Notes: generated from the letters alone by a model not told the origin. 32,000 nucleotides of DNA from Alistipes sp. i18-0019-D1 (GCF_042852885.1 NZ_AP031424.1:871414-903413); one strand, 5' to 3'. Shown: positions 1 through 16,707, counted from the first letter of the stretch. Numbers and translations are program-made.

Positions 1-1215
1 AACATCGACTATTCGGGCGAAAACCGCATCAAAGCGGAGTCCGACAACAAGATTTCGACCCCGATGTACGTCTATTTCAACTACAAACCTACCGAGCGGC
101 TGGGCATCGGCGTCAGCTTCACCACACCGTTCGGCTCTGCCATGAAATGGCCGTCGAACTGGGCCGGTGCGCACCTCATTCAGGACATCAACCTCACGGC
201 ATTCCAGATTCAGCCCACCGTGTCGTATAAAATCTGCGACAAACTCTCGGTAGGTGCGGGTCTGACCGTCGCCTGGGGCAACTTCGATCTTTCGCGCTCC
301 ATGTTCCCCGTAGGCGCCGCGACGAACAATACCATCGCCGGGATTCTCACGGCCAACGGTATGGGACAATACGCCCCGCTGTTTACGAACGCAGGCGACA
401 ATGCGCTTCTTTCGGCCAAACTGGCCGGTGACGCACAGGTTGCCGTAGGCGTCAACGTCGGTATCATGTGGGACGTGCACGAACAATGGACATTCGGTTT
501 CAACTACCGTTCGCGCCTGAATATGAAAGTCAAGAAAGGCACGGCGGAGATGAACTACCACTCGCCCGAGATCAAGCAGGTCATGAGCGCCACGGGACTT
601 ATCCCGCGCCTGGACGAAGGCACGTTCAACGCCGAACTCCCCCTGCCGACCAACCTCACCTGGGCCGTCGCATTCCGTCCGGCCGAAAAGTGGGAGTTCG
701 CCGTCGACCTGCAATGGGTGGGCTGGAGCGCCTACAAAGAACTGAACGTATCGTTCAACGAGCCGGAACTGAAGATCGAGGACATCAACTCGGTGAAGAA
801 CTACAAGAATACGCTTGCATTCCGTTTCGGCGGCGAGTACAAGGCCTGCGACCTGATCCAGGCGCGCATGGGTATGTATGTCGACGAAAGCCCGGTGCGC
901 AGCGACTACCTCAATCCCGAAACCCCGTCGATGACCAAACTCGCCTATACGGCAGGTCTGACGATCAATCCGGTAAAATGCATGTCCATCGACGTGGCCT
1001 ACGGTTACGTAGCATCGGCCGACCCCGAGCGCACGGGTTCCTACCCCTACTTCAACTCACTGACCTACGGCGCCGTTTACCAACAGGCTCTGACTGCCGG
1101 CGCCTCGGAGACCGAAGCGGCCGCATCGGCGGCCAAAGCCGCGAACCAGCCCTTCTCGGGCAACTATGCACTGCATGCCCACACATTCTCGATCGGTGTA
1201 AGATTCCGTTTCTAA
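1..1215 (+). CDS. Outer-membrane transport beta-barrel, FadL/TodX (OMPP1) family; 5' end cut by window edge
   Basis: Frame 1 is stop-free from nt 1 into the 64..1215 ORF. The protein has an alternating-hydrophobic beta-strand pattern rich in aromatics and Gly, and ends ...FSIGVRFRF with the terminal Phe typical of OM barrels. The family call rests on recalled similarity to Bacteroidota FadL-like proteins, not a search. Confidence 0.65.
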   Translation, partial: NIDYSGENRIKAESDNKISTPMYVYFNYKPTERLGIGVSFTTPFGSAMKWPSNWAGAHLIQDINLTAFQIQPTVSYKICDKLSVGAGLTVAWGNFDLSRSMFPVGAATNNTIAGILTANGMGQYAPLFTNAGDNALLSAKLAGDAQVAVGVNVGIMWDVHEQWTFGFNYRSRLNMKVKKGTAEMNYHSPEIKQVMSATGLIPRLDEGTFNAELPLPTNLTWAVAFRPAEKWEFAVDLQWVGWSAYKELNVSFNEPELKIEDINSVKNYKNTLAFRFGGEYKACDLIQARMGMYVDESPVRSDYLNPETPSMTKLAYTAGLTINPVKCMSIDVAYGYVASADPERTGSYPYFNSLTYGAVYQQALTAGASETEAAASAAKAANQPFSGNYALHAHTFSIGVRFRF

Positions 1216-1231
1216 AAACAGAAAAAATCAC

Positions 1232-1239
1232 TATCTTTG
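1232..1239 (+). promoter_or_regulatory. Bacteroides-type -7 promoter box (TATCTTTG)
   Basis: Exact match to TAnnTTTG, 41 nt upstream of tRNA-Arg. It lies immediately before the 1242-1265 hairpin, so the promoter/terminator relationship is ambiguous. Confidence 0.4.
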
Positions 1240-1241
1240 CC

Positions 1242-1275
1242 GGTGCGTTTGGCGACAGACGCACCGCATTGTTTT
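1242..1275 (+). terminator. Stem-loop + T-rich tail: terminator of the OMP gene or tRNA-Arg leader hairpin
   Basis: GGTGCGT-N10-ACGCACC followed by GCATTGTTTT, 27 nt after the stop at 1215. Confidence 0.4.
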
Positions 1276-1279
1276 CAAC

Positions 1280-1351
1280 GGCTCCATAGTTCAAGGGATA
1301 GAACGAGGGTTTCCTAAACCCTAAATTCGCGTTCGAGTCGCGGTGGAGCTA
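1280..1351 (+). tRNA. tRNA-Arg (anticodon CCT)
   Basis: Hand-folded cloverleaf: acceptor GGCTCCA/TGGAGCT (G1:U72), D arm GTTC-AAGGGATA-GAAC, anticodon arm AGGGT-TTCCTAA-ACCCT (CCT at 1313-1315), T arm TCGCG-TTCGAGT-CGCGG, discriminator A. No encoded CCA. Confidence 0.9.
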
Positions 1352-1352
1352 C

Positions 1353-1386
1353 AAGAAAAGGAGGAATAAATATTCCTCCTTTTCTT
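1353..1386. terminator. Bidirectional intrinsic terminator
   Basis: Near-perfect 34-nt inverted repeat AAGAAAAGGAGGAATA-AA-TATTCCTCCTTTTCTT with A/T runs built into both flanks, directly after tRNA-Arg. Confidence 0.8.
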
Positions 1387-1399
1387 ATGGAATTTTACC

Positions 1400-1407
1400 T
1401 ATCTTTG
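1400..1407 (+). promoter_or_regulatory. Bacteroides-type -7 promoter box (TATCTTTG) for serine dehydratase gene
   Basis: Exact TAnnTTTG, 20 nt upstream of the ATG at 1427. Short AT-rich leader with no SD. Confidence 0.55.
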
Positions 1408-1426
1408 CTCCCGTAAAATCACGATT

Positions 1427-2626
1427 ATGGAATCGCTCAAAGAGTTATACAGGATCGGCAGCGGCCCGTCGAGCAGCCACACGATGGGCCCCAAGCGAGC
1501 CGCCGAACAGTTTGCGGAACGCTGCCGCGACGTCGACGCCTACCGCGTGACCCTCTACGGATCGCTGGCCGCCACGGGCAAGGGCCACCTGACGGACGTG
1601 GCGATCCTTTCGGTCCTCGAACCGGCCGCCCCGACCCAGATCGTCTGGAAACCGGAGGTCGTGCTCCCCTTCCACCCCAACGGCATGCTGTTCGAAGGGC
1701 TGAAAGGCGGCCAGGTCGTCGATGCGTGGACGATTTTCAGCGTCGGCGGCGGCGCGCTGGCCAACGAGGCCTCGCGCCTCGAAACGCCGCAGAGCATCTA
1801 CCCGCTGTCGACCATTTCGGAGATCAAGGAGTGGTGCTACCACGAGGGCAAAACCTTCTGGGAGTATGTGAGCGACTGCGAGGGTCCCGAAATCTGGGAC
1901 TACCTCGACACGGTCTGGGAGACGATGTGCGCGACCATCCAGCGCGGCCTGAACAACGACGGCGTGCTGCCCGGAGGGCTGAAGGTCGCCCGCAAGGCCT
2001 CGACCTACTGGGTCAAGTCGAAAAGCTACACCGACTCGCTCTCCTCGCGGGCCAAAATCTACGCTTACGCGCTGGCCACCTCCGAGGAGAACGCCTCGGG
2101 CGGCACGGTCGTGACGGCCCCCACATGCGGGTCGAGCGGCGTCATGCCCGCGGTGCTCTACCACCTCTCCTCCTCGCGCAACTTCCTGCGCGTCCGCATC
2201 CTGCGGGCGCTGGCCACGGCCGGGCTTTTCGGCAACGTCGCCAAGACCAACTCCTCCATTTCGGGCGCCGAGGTAGGCTGCCAGGGCGAGGTCGGCGTGG
2301 CGTGCGCCATGGCTGCCGCCGCCGCGTGCCAGCTCTTCGGCGGAACCCCCTCGCAGATCGAATACGCCGCCGAGATGGGTCTCGAACACCACCTGGGCCT
2401 CACGTGCGACCCCGTGTGCGGACTGGTGCAGGTCCCCTGCATCGAACGCAACGCCATCGCCGCGGCCCGCGCCTTCGACGCCAACGCCTACGCCACGCTC
2501 TCCGACGGCTCGCACATGGTGAGCTTCGACAAGGTCGTGGAGGTGATGAACGAAACGGGCCACGCCCTGCCGAGTCTCTACCGCGAGACCTCCGAAGGGG
2601 GCCTTGCCAAACGCTTCAAACGTTAA
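1427..2626 (+). CDS. sdaA: L-serine dehydratase (L-serine ammonia-lyase), iron-sulfur dependent, single-chain form
   Basis: 399-aa ORF. N-terminal GSGPSSSHTMGP signature of Fe-S L-serine dehydratases; Cys-containing C-terminal half (TAPTCGSSG, CQGEVGVAC) typical of the alpha domain. Confidence 0.9.
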   Translation: MESLKELYRIGSGPSSSHTMGPKRAAEQFAERCRDVDAYRVTLYGSLAATGKGHLTDVAILSVLEPAAPTQIVWKPEVVLPFHPNGMLFEGLKGGQVVDAWTIFSVGGGALANEASRLETPQSIYPLSTISEIKEWCYHEGKTFWEYVSDCEGPEIWDYLDTVWETMCATIQRGLNNDGVLPGGLKVARKASTYWVKSKSYTDSLSSRAKIYAYALATSEENASGGTVVTAPTCGSSGVMPAVLYHLSSSRNFLRVRILRALATAGLFGNVAKTNSSISGAEVGCQGEVGVACAMAAAAACQLFGGTPSQIEYAAEMGLEHHLGLTCDPVCGLVQVPCIERNAIAAARAFDANAYATLSDGSHMVSFDKVVEVMNETGHALPSLYRETSEGGLAKRFKR

Positions 2627-2634
2627 GTTCCGGG

Positions 2635-2672
2635 CACGCCGGAGGCATCCTTTCGGGCGTGTGACGATTTTT
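2635..2672 (+). terminator. Probable terminator of sdaA
   Basis: CACGCC(GGAGG)-catc-(CTTTC)gGGCGTG imperfect stem 9 nt after the stop. A TTTTT run follows after a 6-nt gap, so this is not a textbook terminator. Confidence 0.4.
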
Positions 2673-2718
2673 CCCTGTAAACGGATAAAATTTCCCCGTC
2701 GGACAACCTCCGGCGGGT

Positions 2719-2726
2719 TAATTTTG
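2719..2726 (+). promoter_or_regulatory. Bacteroides-type -7 promoter box (TAATTTTG) for pectate lyase gene
   Basis: Exact TAnnTTTG, 36 nt upstream of the ATG at 2762. Confidence 0.5.
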
Positions 2727-2761
2727 TTATCAGCAAACGTCAACCTAAAACCACAATACGT

Positions 2762-5038
2762 ATGAAACGAATTTTACTGCTTCTGCTGGTCGTTCCGCTG
2801 CTCGCCGGAGCGTGCGGCGACGACACCACCACCGAAGATACCCCCGATCCGCCCGCAACGACGCTGCCCGCGGGAACGAAGGACGATCCCTTCGGCGTGG
2901 GCGACCTCGCGGCCGCCGCCGGGAAATCGGCCGTCTGGATCCGGGGTTACGTCGCCGGGGCCGAAGCCGATGCAAAGGCCGCCGTGCGTTCCGTCGGTTC
3001 CGACACCCCCTCGCGCAGCAACATCCTGCTGGCCTCGAAAGCCAACGAGTACCGCCCCGACAAGTGCATCCGCGTGGAACTGCCGGATGAATCGGACGTT
3101 CAGGCCCGTCTGAACGTGGTCGACCACCCCGATCTGATCGGCAAAAAGGTCCTGCTCCGTGCCGACATCGTTGCGGCAAACGGCTCCGTGCGCATCGCCA
3201 ACGTCACCGAACAGGAGGGCGGCAAGGAACCGGTCGAGAACCCCGATCCGGAACCCGATCCCGATCCGGAACCCGATCCGGACGTTCCGACGCCTCCCGT
3301 CACGGGCGACGTCGAACTGGACAAACTCTACGGCTATGCCGAAGGCACGACGGGCGGCGCCGGCGCCACCGAGGCCAACATCCACCATTTCGACGACGGC
3401 AAGAAGTTCGGCGAATGGCTCTACCTGCGCGAGAAGAACAAGACCATGACCCCCGCGATCGTCTGGTTGAGCGGTACGTTCCACAAGGACGACGGCTACC
3501 GCTCGGGCAAGCCCTGGTTCGACATCAAGCGCACGGGCAACCTCACGATCAACGGCACGAACGACTTCTTGATGGAAAACGTCGGGTTCTTCATCAACGA
3601 ATCCTCGAACATCATCATCCGCAACATCTATATCAAGATGCCCAAGGCCGACGACGGCGCCGACGGCATCTCGATGCAGGAGAGCAATAACGTCTGGGTC
3701 GACCACTGCACCTTCGAGTCGATCAACCAGACGAAGGACTACGAGGACGGCTCGTGCGACGTGACGCACCAGACCTACAACGTCACCGTATCGTGGTGTC
3801 ACTTCATCAAGACCCAGAAATCGTGCCTCGTAGGCCACTCGAACAGCCAGACGGCCGACACGAAGATCACCGTGACGTTCCACCACAATTTCTTCGACCT
3901 GTCGAGTTCGCGCCATCCGCGCGTACGCTTCGGCCGCGCCCACGTCTACAACAACTATTTCAACCAGGTGACCACCTACGGCGTAGGCAGCGCCTACGGC
4001 GCGATGGTGCTCGTCGAGGACAACTGTTTCGAAGGCGTGAAACTCCCGACCGACATCTGCACCTACCCGGCCAAACCGAGCGGCAGCAGCTGGGTGTCGA
4101 ACCTCACGGGATCGGTGGCCGGATACCTCTACGAACGCGGCAACCTCTTCAACAACAAACCCGCCGACGCCACGTCGCCCTACCCCTTCACCAATGTGGA
4201 GTACAAGGCCTACAACGGCGAGAAGATCGCGACGCCGTATACCTACGACGACTTCAAGCCGGCGTACAACTACATCGTGGACCCCGTCGGCCGGATCGCC
4301 GAGATCGTGCCTTCGGCTTCGGGCGTGGGTAAACTGACGGGCTATTCCGCAGCGCCCAAAGAGGTGGACAACGGCGGCATCACGGGCGGCGGAACGACCC
4401 CGGACCCCGACCCGGGAACCGATCCCACACCCGGCGGCAGCGACCTGGGCAACGGCTGGACACTGCTCTCCAACGGCACCACCGCCGCAACGGCCGTCTG
4501 CAACGGGGGCCAGTTGGCGCTCACGGCATGCGGCAAATTCGAAAGCGGCACGCAGACCCTCGGGTTCGTCTACCGGGAGGTCACGGGCAACTTCGTGGCT
4601 ACCGCGCAGGTCGACTCCTTCTCCGCCCTGAAAGACACCAACCAGGCGTTGGCCGGGCTGCTGGTCACTCCTGACGCAGGAACGATCTCGACCGGCGATT
4701 TCATCCACGCGATGGCCGCCCGGAGCCTCACGGGATTCTACTACTCCAACCGGACCGAAGCCGCCGGAAAGGGCAACAAGGGCGCATTAGGCGCACCGGC
4801 AGCCACAACCGAGGGGGCAAAGCCCATCGTGCGGCTCGAACGCGCAGGCGACAAATTCACGGCGTCCTATTCGCTCGACGGAGGCGCAACGTTCGGCGCG
4901 GAAAAGTCCGTCTCCATCAGCGGATTGCCCGACAAACTGCTGATCGGCCTGGCGGCCAACAGCGGCGACAGCAAGAAGGCCTCGGAAGCCGTCTTCAGCA
5001 ATGTGAAGATCAACGGTCAGGCGGTCGCATTCGAATAA
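2762..5038 (+). CDS. Multidomain secreted lipoprotein with PL1-family pectate lyase core
   Basis: 758-aa ORF. Lipoprotein signal LLAGAC followed by acidic GDDTTTED. PL1 motifs DGISMQESNNVWVDHCTF and SSRHPRVRFGRAHVYNNYF (R-x-P-x-x-R...NN). N-terminal OB-like module, two Pro/Asp-rich linkers, and a C-terminal ~210-aa beta-sandwich (ConA/LamG-like by recall). Confidence 0.85.
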   Translation: MKRILLLLLVVPLLAGACGDDTTTEDTPDPPATTLPAGTKDDPFGVGDLAAAAGKSAVWIRGYVAGAEADAKAAVRSVGSDTPSRSNILLASKANEYRPDKCIRVELPDESDVQARLNVVDHPDLIGKKVLLRADIVAANGSVRIANVTEQEGGKEPVENPDPEPDPDPEPDPDVPTPPVTGDVELDKLYGYAEGTTGGAGATEANIHHFDDGKKFGEWLYLREKNKTMTPAIVWLSGTFHKDDGYRSGKPWFDIKRTGNLTINGTNDFLMENVGFFINESSNIIIRNIYIKMPKADDGADGISMQESNNVWVDHCTFESINQTKDYEDGSCDVTHQTYNVTVSWCHFIKTQKSCLVGHSNSQTADTKITVTFHHNFFDLSSSRHPRVRFGRAHVYNNYFNQVTTYGVGSAYGAMVLVEDNCFEGVKLPTDICTYPAKPSGSSWVSNLTGSVAGYLYERGNLFNNKPADATSPYPFTNVEYKAYNGEKIATPYTYDDFKPAYNYIVDPVGRIAEIVPSASGVGKLTGYSAAPKEVDNGGITGGGTTPDPDPGTDPTPGGSDLGNGWTLLSNGTTAATAVCNGGQLALTACGKFESGTQTLGFVYREVTGNFVATAQVDSFSALKDTNQALAGLLVTPDAGTISTGDFIHAMAARSLTGFYYSNRTEAAGKGNKGALGAPAATTEGAKPIVRLERAGDKFTASYSLDGGATFGAEKSVSISGLPDKLLIGLAANSGDSKKASEAVFSNVKINGQAVAFE
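3242..3283 (+). repeat. Hexamer-based tandem repeat (CCCGAT/CCGGAA) encoding a PDPEPDPDPEPDPD linker
   Basis: Reads cccgat ccggaa cccgat cccgat ccggaa cccgat ccggac, in frame inside the pectate lyase ORF. Confidence 0.9.
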
Positions 5039-5068
5039 ACAGCCGGACGCAAACACAGTACACACGGC

Positions 5069-5100
5069 GAAAGTCCGGGTCCGTCGCGGCCCGGACTTTC
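5069..5100 (+). terminator. Stem-loop downstream of pectate lyase gene (probable terminator)
   Basis: 11-bp perfect stem GAAAGTCCGGG-N10-CCCGGACTTTC, 31 nt after the stop. The downstream U tract is weak. Confidence 0.45.
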
Positions 5101-5193
5101 CGCATTCCGGTCTTTCCGACCGCCCCGTACTTTCCGTGTCTCCGAACACCCGGCTCCTGCGTCTTTGCAACCCGGTTCGCCCCTCCGACAACC

Positions 5194-5231
5194 AAAAATC
5201 CCCTTCCGGCTCTCCGGAAGGGGATTTTTTT
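5194..5231. terminator. Bidirectional intrinsic terminator (ends rpoC transcription on the - strand)
   Basis: AAAAA-TCCCCTTCCGG-ctct-CCGGAAGGGGA-TTTTTTT. GC-rich 11-bp stem flanked by an A run and a T run, 38 nt downstream of the rpoC stop. Confidence 0.8.
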
Positions 5232-5268
5232 CAATCTATTTCAGGCGGGATCACTCCCGCGTCGCAGA

Positions 5269-9528
<4,260 letters not shown>

Positions 9529-9564
9529 ATTTGTTCTCGTTTTTCTTTTCCTCTAAAATACACC

Positions 9565-13425
<3,861 letters not shown>

Positions 13426-13494
13426 CGTAAAATCCAAATTAGTTGAAGTGTAATGGGTTACGCTCCCCAAAATGTGCGGGTCATTATCCCGGCA

Positions 13495-13532
13495 ATGCTC
13501 CCGTATGAAGGCGTCATACGCCCCGGGAGCAT
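13495..13532 (-). promoter_or_regulatory. Compound stem-loop in rpoB 5' leader
   Basis: Outer 9-bp repeat ATGCTCCCG/CGGGAGCAT enclosing an inner TATGA-aggcg-TCATA hairpin, ~70 nt upstream of the rpoB ATG. Confidence 0.5.
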
Positions 13533-13587
13533 CCTATATTCCAAAAACCGGACACAGCTCCTGATCGGCACTTCCGGTCTTTAGACC

Positions 13588-13628
13588 AAGAAAAGGCATA
13601 GAGCTTACACACCGGTAAGCCCTATACC
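13588..13628 (-). terminator. rplL-rpoB intergenic attenuator/terminator
   Basis: The - strand reads GGTATAGGGCTTAC-cggtgt-GTAAGCTCTATGCC-TTTTCTT: a 14-position stem with 2 mismatches, starting 34 nt after the rplL stop. It occupies the position of the classical rplL-rpoB attenuator. Confidence 0.65.
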
Positions 13629-13661
13629 TGTTCGTCTTCTATTGACGCTTAAGCAGCAATG

Positions 13662-14039
13662 CTACTTGAGCTCAACTTCAGCACCTGCTTCCTCGAGCTG
13701 GCCTTTGATCTGCTCAGCCTCCTCCTTGGAAACACCCTCCTTAACGGCCTTGGGAGCACCGTCAACGAGTGCTTTAGCATCGCCCAGCGAAAGACCTGCG
13801 ATGTCCTTCACTACCTTGATAACCTGGAGCTTGGCCTGACCTGCGGCCTTCAGAATAACGTCGAACGACGTCTTCTCTGCAGCAGCAGCCTCGCCTGCGC
13901 CTGCAGCGGGGGCTGCAACGGCAACAGCGGCAGCAGCCGGCTCAATGCCATACTCCTCCTTGAGGATCTGTGCGAGTTCGTTTACCTCGGTAACCTTCAG
14001 GTTTACCAGTTCTTCAGCAAGTTTCTTTACGTCTGCCAT
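13662..14039 (-). CDS. rplL: 50S ribosomal protein L7/L12
   Basis: 125 aa. Ala-rich hinge ([22 protein letters not shown]) and a conserved C-terminal domain ending ...[10 protein letters not shown]. Confidence 0.98.
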   Translation of the reverse strand: MADVKKLAEELVNLKVTEVNELAQILKEEYGIEPAAAAVAVAAPAAGAGEAAAAEKTSFDVILKAAGQAKLQVIKVVKDIAGLSLGDAKALVDGAPKAVKEGVSKEEAEQIKGQLEEAGAEVELK

Positions 14040-14082
14040 AGTTGTAAGCTTATTAATTTGTTTTTGATTCTTGTTTGTGAAA

Positions 14083-14607
14083 TTAGTTGTTTCTCGATTC
14101 GAGCGTCTTCACGAGGCCCGCAATCTTTTGGCCTGCATTAGCCTGCAATGCAGAGATAACATTCTTGGCCGGGGACTGGAGCAGTGCGACGATGTCGGCG
14201 ATAAGCTCTTCCTTCGACTTGATGTTACACAGAGTGTCCAGCTGATTGTCACCCACGTAAACGCAACCCTCGGCGAAAGCCGCCTTCAGAACGGGCTTCT
14301 CCGACTTCTTGCGGAATTCCTTGATCAAAACAGCGGGAGCTTTCGCAACGTTGGCGAACATAATCGAGGTAGGACCCTCCAATACTTTTACCAGATCAGC
14401 ATCGGCCTTCTCCACCTTCTCGAGGGCTTTGCCCAGGAGGGTGTTCTTAACGACCACCAGCTTCACGTCGCTCTCGAAGCACTTGCGGCGCAGGGCAGCG
14501 GTCTGCTCTGCGTTCAGCGACTCGATGTCGGCGATATAGAAGTGAGGATAAGCCTGGAGCTGCTCGGCAAGGCTGTCAATTACAACCAGTTTTTCTTCCT
14601 TAGTCAT
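14083..14607 (-). CDS. rplJ: 50S ribosomal protein L10
   Basis: 174-aa ORF immediately upstream of rplL in the conserved operon. L10-like sequence (LRRKC...[10 protein letters not shown]). Confidence 0.95.
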   Translation of the reverse strand: MTKEEKLVVIDSLAEQLQAYPHFYIADIESLNAEQTAALRRKCFESDVKLVVVKNTLLGKALEKVEKADADLVKVLEGPTSIMFANVAKAPAVLIKEFRKKSEKPVLKAAFAEGCVYVGDNQLDTLCNIKSKEELIADIVALLQSPAKNVISALQANAGQKIAGLVKTLESRNN

Positions 14608-14624
14608 CTCTTCTCTCCTCCTTC

Positions 14625-15323
14625 TTATTTGGTTTCTACTGATTTGGAATCAATCTGCACGCCGGGGCTCATGGTGGTCGAGAGATAAACACTCTTCACG
14701 TAAGAACCTTTGGCAGCAGCCGGTTTCAGCTTGAGAATCATATTCAGCACCTCTTTCGCGTTGTCCACGATCTGATCTGCCGAAAACGAAACCTTGCCTA
14801 CCGTCGTGTGGATGATACCGAATTTATCGACCTTGAAGTCGATCTTACCGGCTTTCACCTCCTGGACGGCCTTGCCGACTTCCATCGTAACCGTACCGGT
14901 CTTGGGGTTCGGCATCAGTCCGCGGGGACCCAGAATACGGCCCAGCGCACCGACTTTACCCATCACATTGGGAGTACAGATGATCACGTCAACGTCGGTC
15001 CAGCCGGCCTTGATCTTGTCAACATACTCGTCCAGACCTACGTAGTCTGCGCCTGCAGCCTGTGCCTCGGCCTCCTTCTCGGGAGTGCACAGCACCAGCA
15101 CGCGCACCGTCTTACCGGTTCCGTGGGGAAGCGTCACCACGCCGCGGACCATCTGGTTCGCCTTGCGGGGATCGACACCCAGACGCACGTCGATATCCAC
15201 CGAAGCGTCGAATTTCGTGAACGTAATTTCCTTCAGAAGAGCGGCAGCCTCCGAGAGCTTGTAAGCCTTACCGGCTTCCACCTTAGCGTAGGCGATCTTT
15301 TGATTTTTTGTCAACTTACTCAT
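14625..15323 (-). CDS. rplA: 50S ribosomal protein L1
   Basis: 232 aa. Conserved [24 protein letters not shown] and [15 protein letters not shown] motifs. Confidence 0.98.
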   Translation of the reverse strand: MSKLTKNQKIAYAKVEAGKAYKLSEAAALLKEITFTKFDASVDIDVRLGVDPRKANQMVRGVVTLPHGTGKTVRVLVLCTPEKEAEAQAAGADYVGLDEYVDKIKAGWTDVDVIICTPNVMGKVGALGRILGPRGLMPNPKTGTVTMEVGKAVQEVKAGKIDFKVDKFGIIHTTVGKVSFSADQIVDNAKEVLNMILKLKPAAAKGSYVKSVYLSTTMSPGVQIDSKSVETK

Positions 15324-15334
15324 CTTCTTCGCAA

Positions 15335-15775
15335 TTACATATTAGGAAATTCTCCGACGACACTGATACCCATACTGCGGGCAGTACCGGCAACCATGCG
15401 CATAGCGGATTCCAGCGTAAAGCAGTTCATATCGGGCATTTTGTCCTGCGCGATTTCGCGGATCTGATCCCACGTCACCTGACCGACCTTGTCGCGGTTG
15501 GGCTGTGCGGAACCTTTCTGCACTTTAGCTGCTTCCTTGAGCTGGATAGCTACGGGCGGCTGTTTTACAACAAAGTCGAACGACTTATCGCTGTAAACCG
15601 TGATGATGACCGGAAGAACCTTTCCCGCCTTGTCCTGCGTACGAGCATTGAATTGCTTGCAGAAGTCCATGATATTGACTCCCTTAGAACCCAATGCGGG
15701 ACCAACCGGGGGCGAAGGATTGGCGGCACCACCTTTGATCTGCAATTTAATAAATGCAGCAACCTCTTTTGCCAT
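15335..15775 (-). CDS. rplK: 50S ribosomal protein L11
   Basis: 146 aa. [20 protein letters not shown] signature. Confidence 0.98.
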   Translation of the reverse strand: MAKEVAAFIKLQIKGGAANPSPPVGPALGSKGVNIMDFCKQFNARTQDKAGKVLPVIITVYSDKSFDFVVKQPPVAIQLKEAAKVQKGSAQPNRDKVGQVTWDQIREIAQDKMPDMNCFTLESAMRMVAGTARSMGISVVGEFPNM

Positions 15776-15791
15776 AGTTTTCCTTGGTTAA

Positions 15792-16352
15792 TTATTCTTT
15801 TTCTACTTGGGTGAAACTCAACTCCATAGGAGTTTTGCGCCCGAATATCTTCACCGATACCGTGAGTTTCTTGCGCTCGTTGTCGACTGCCTCGATAGTA
15901 CCTTGGAAGCTCGAGAAAGGACCGTCCGTAACCTTGACAGTCTCGCCGACAAAGAAGGGTATTTCGTTTTCCTCCTCCTGTGCGTTCAGCTCGTCGACGC
16001 GGCCGAGGATGCGCGCTACCTCCTGCGGACGCAGGGGCGTGGCGTTCATCTTGCGGCTGTCCTCTTTGGTGTCGCCGAGGAAACCCAGCACGTTGGGGGT
16101 ATTGCGAATTATAATCGGAATCTGGCCTACGAACGCAGCCTCCACCAGCACGTAGCCCGGATAAGAAACCTTCTCCTTGGAGACCTTCTTTCCGTTGCGG
16201 ATGGTATAGACTTTTTCAGTAGGGATCAGCACCTGGGAGATGTAGTCCTCAAGGTGGTTGTGGCGGATTTCAGCCTCGATATACTCTTTGACCTTCCCCT
16301 CCTTGCCACCGATTGCGCGGACGACATACCATTGTTTCTTAATCTCGCTCAT
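15792..16352 (-). CDS. nusG: Transcription termination/antitermination factor NusG
   Basis: The ORF runs to 16514, but the start is set at internal MSEIKKQWYVVRA (canonical NusG N-terminus). KOW motif GETVKVTDGPFSSFQGTIEAV. Confidence 0.96.
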   Translation of the reverse strand: MSEIKKQWYVVRAIGGKEGKVKEYIEAEIRHNHLEDYISQVLIPTEKVYTIRNGKKVSKEKVSYPGYVLVEAAFVGQIPIIIRNTPNVLGFLGDTKEDSRKMNATPLRPQEVARILGRVDELNAQEEENEIPFFVGETVKVTDGPFSSFQGTIEAVDNERKKLTVSVKIFGRKTPMELSFTQVEKE

Positions 16353-16366
16353 CGTTCTGCAAACAA

Positions 16367-16564
16367 TTAACGGCCAAGACCGCCCAGGGTCTTGTAAATG
16401 CCTGCCATCACGTTCTCGAACGTCACGTCCATCGCCAGGACGACCACGGCGAAGATGACCGAAGCCACCATCACGACGATCGTAGAACTCTGGAGCTGCG
16501 GGAACGTAGGCCACGTCACCTTGTTTACAAGCTCGTTGTAAGATTCTTTAACGTATTTGAACAT
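16367..16564 (-). CDS. secE: Preprotein translocase subunit SecE
   Basis: 65-aa protein from the internal Met (MFKYVKESYNELVNKVTWPT...) with a single C-terminal TM helix. The longer ORF would overlap tRNA-Trp. Conserved position upstream of nusG. Confidence 0.9.
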   Translation of the reverse strand: MFKYVKESYNELVNKVTWPTFPQLQSSTIVVMVASVIFAVVVLAMDVTFENVMAGIYKTLGGLGR

Positions 16565-16582
16565 ATCTTCGTCTTTTACTCT

Positions 16583-16656
16583 TGGCAGGAGCAGAGAGAT
16601 TCGAACTCCCATCAACGGTTTTGGAGACCGCTATTCTACCCTTGAACTATGCTCCT
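16583..16656 (-). tRNA. tRNA-Trp (anticodon CCA), CCA end encoded
   Basis: The - strand folds as AGGAGCA-TA-GTTC-AAGGGTA-GAAT-A-GCGGT-CTCCAAA-ACCGT-TGAT-GGGAG-TTCGAAT-CTCTC-TGCTCCT-G-CCA. Confidence 0.92.
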
Positions 16657-16689
16657 AAAAGAGGGAGGCGATGCGGATGACCGCCTCCC
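16657..16689 (-). terminator. Intrinsic terminator after tuf, abutting tRNA-Trp
   Basis: The - strand reads GGGAGGCG-gtcatccgcat-CGCCTCCC-TCTTTT. The last T is adjacent to tRNA-Trp position 1. Confidence 0.7.
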
Positions 16690-16707
16690 GGAATATTCGG
16701 ATGTGAA

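Noticed and set aside
3242-3283. Tandem hexamer repeat considered as a CRISPR/VNTR-like element.
   Set aside because: It is in frame inside a coding region and encodes a Pro/Asp/Glu interdomain linker. There is no spacer/repeat organisation.
1445-4708. Long - strand ORFs antisense to sdaA (1445..2743, 432 aa) and to the pectate lyase gene (2774..4708, 644 aa).
   Set aside because: Same GC3 shadow-frame artefact. The sense-strand proteins carry unambiguous family motifs and the antisense ones carry none.
5096-5136. Three copies of CTTTCCG spaced 16-18 nt apart in the pectate lyase/rpoC intergenic region.
   Set aside because: This is a short 7-mer in a C/T-rich spacer, and the first copy is simply the 3' arm of the 5069-5100 hairpin. 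There is no flanking gene it could obviously regulate. It is compatible with chance.
13426-13470. N-terminal ORF extensions: rpoB (to 13470), nusG (to 16514), secE (to 16615) and susC (from 24226).
   Set aside because: The internal Met codons give the canonical N-termini of these families. The extensions overlap tRNA-Trp, the neighbouring gene, or the 24217-24245 hairpin.
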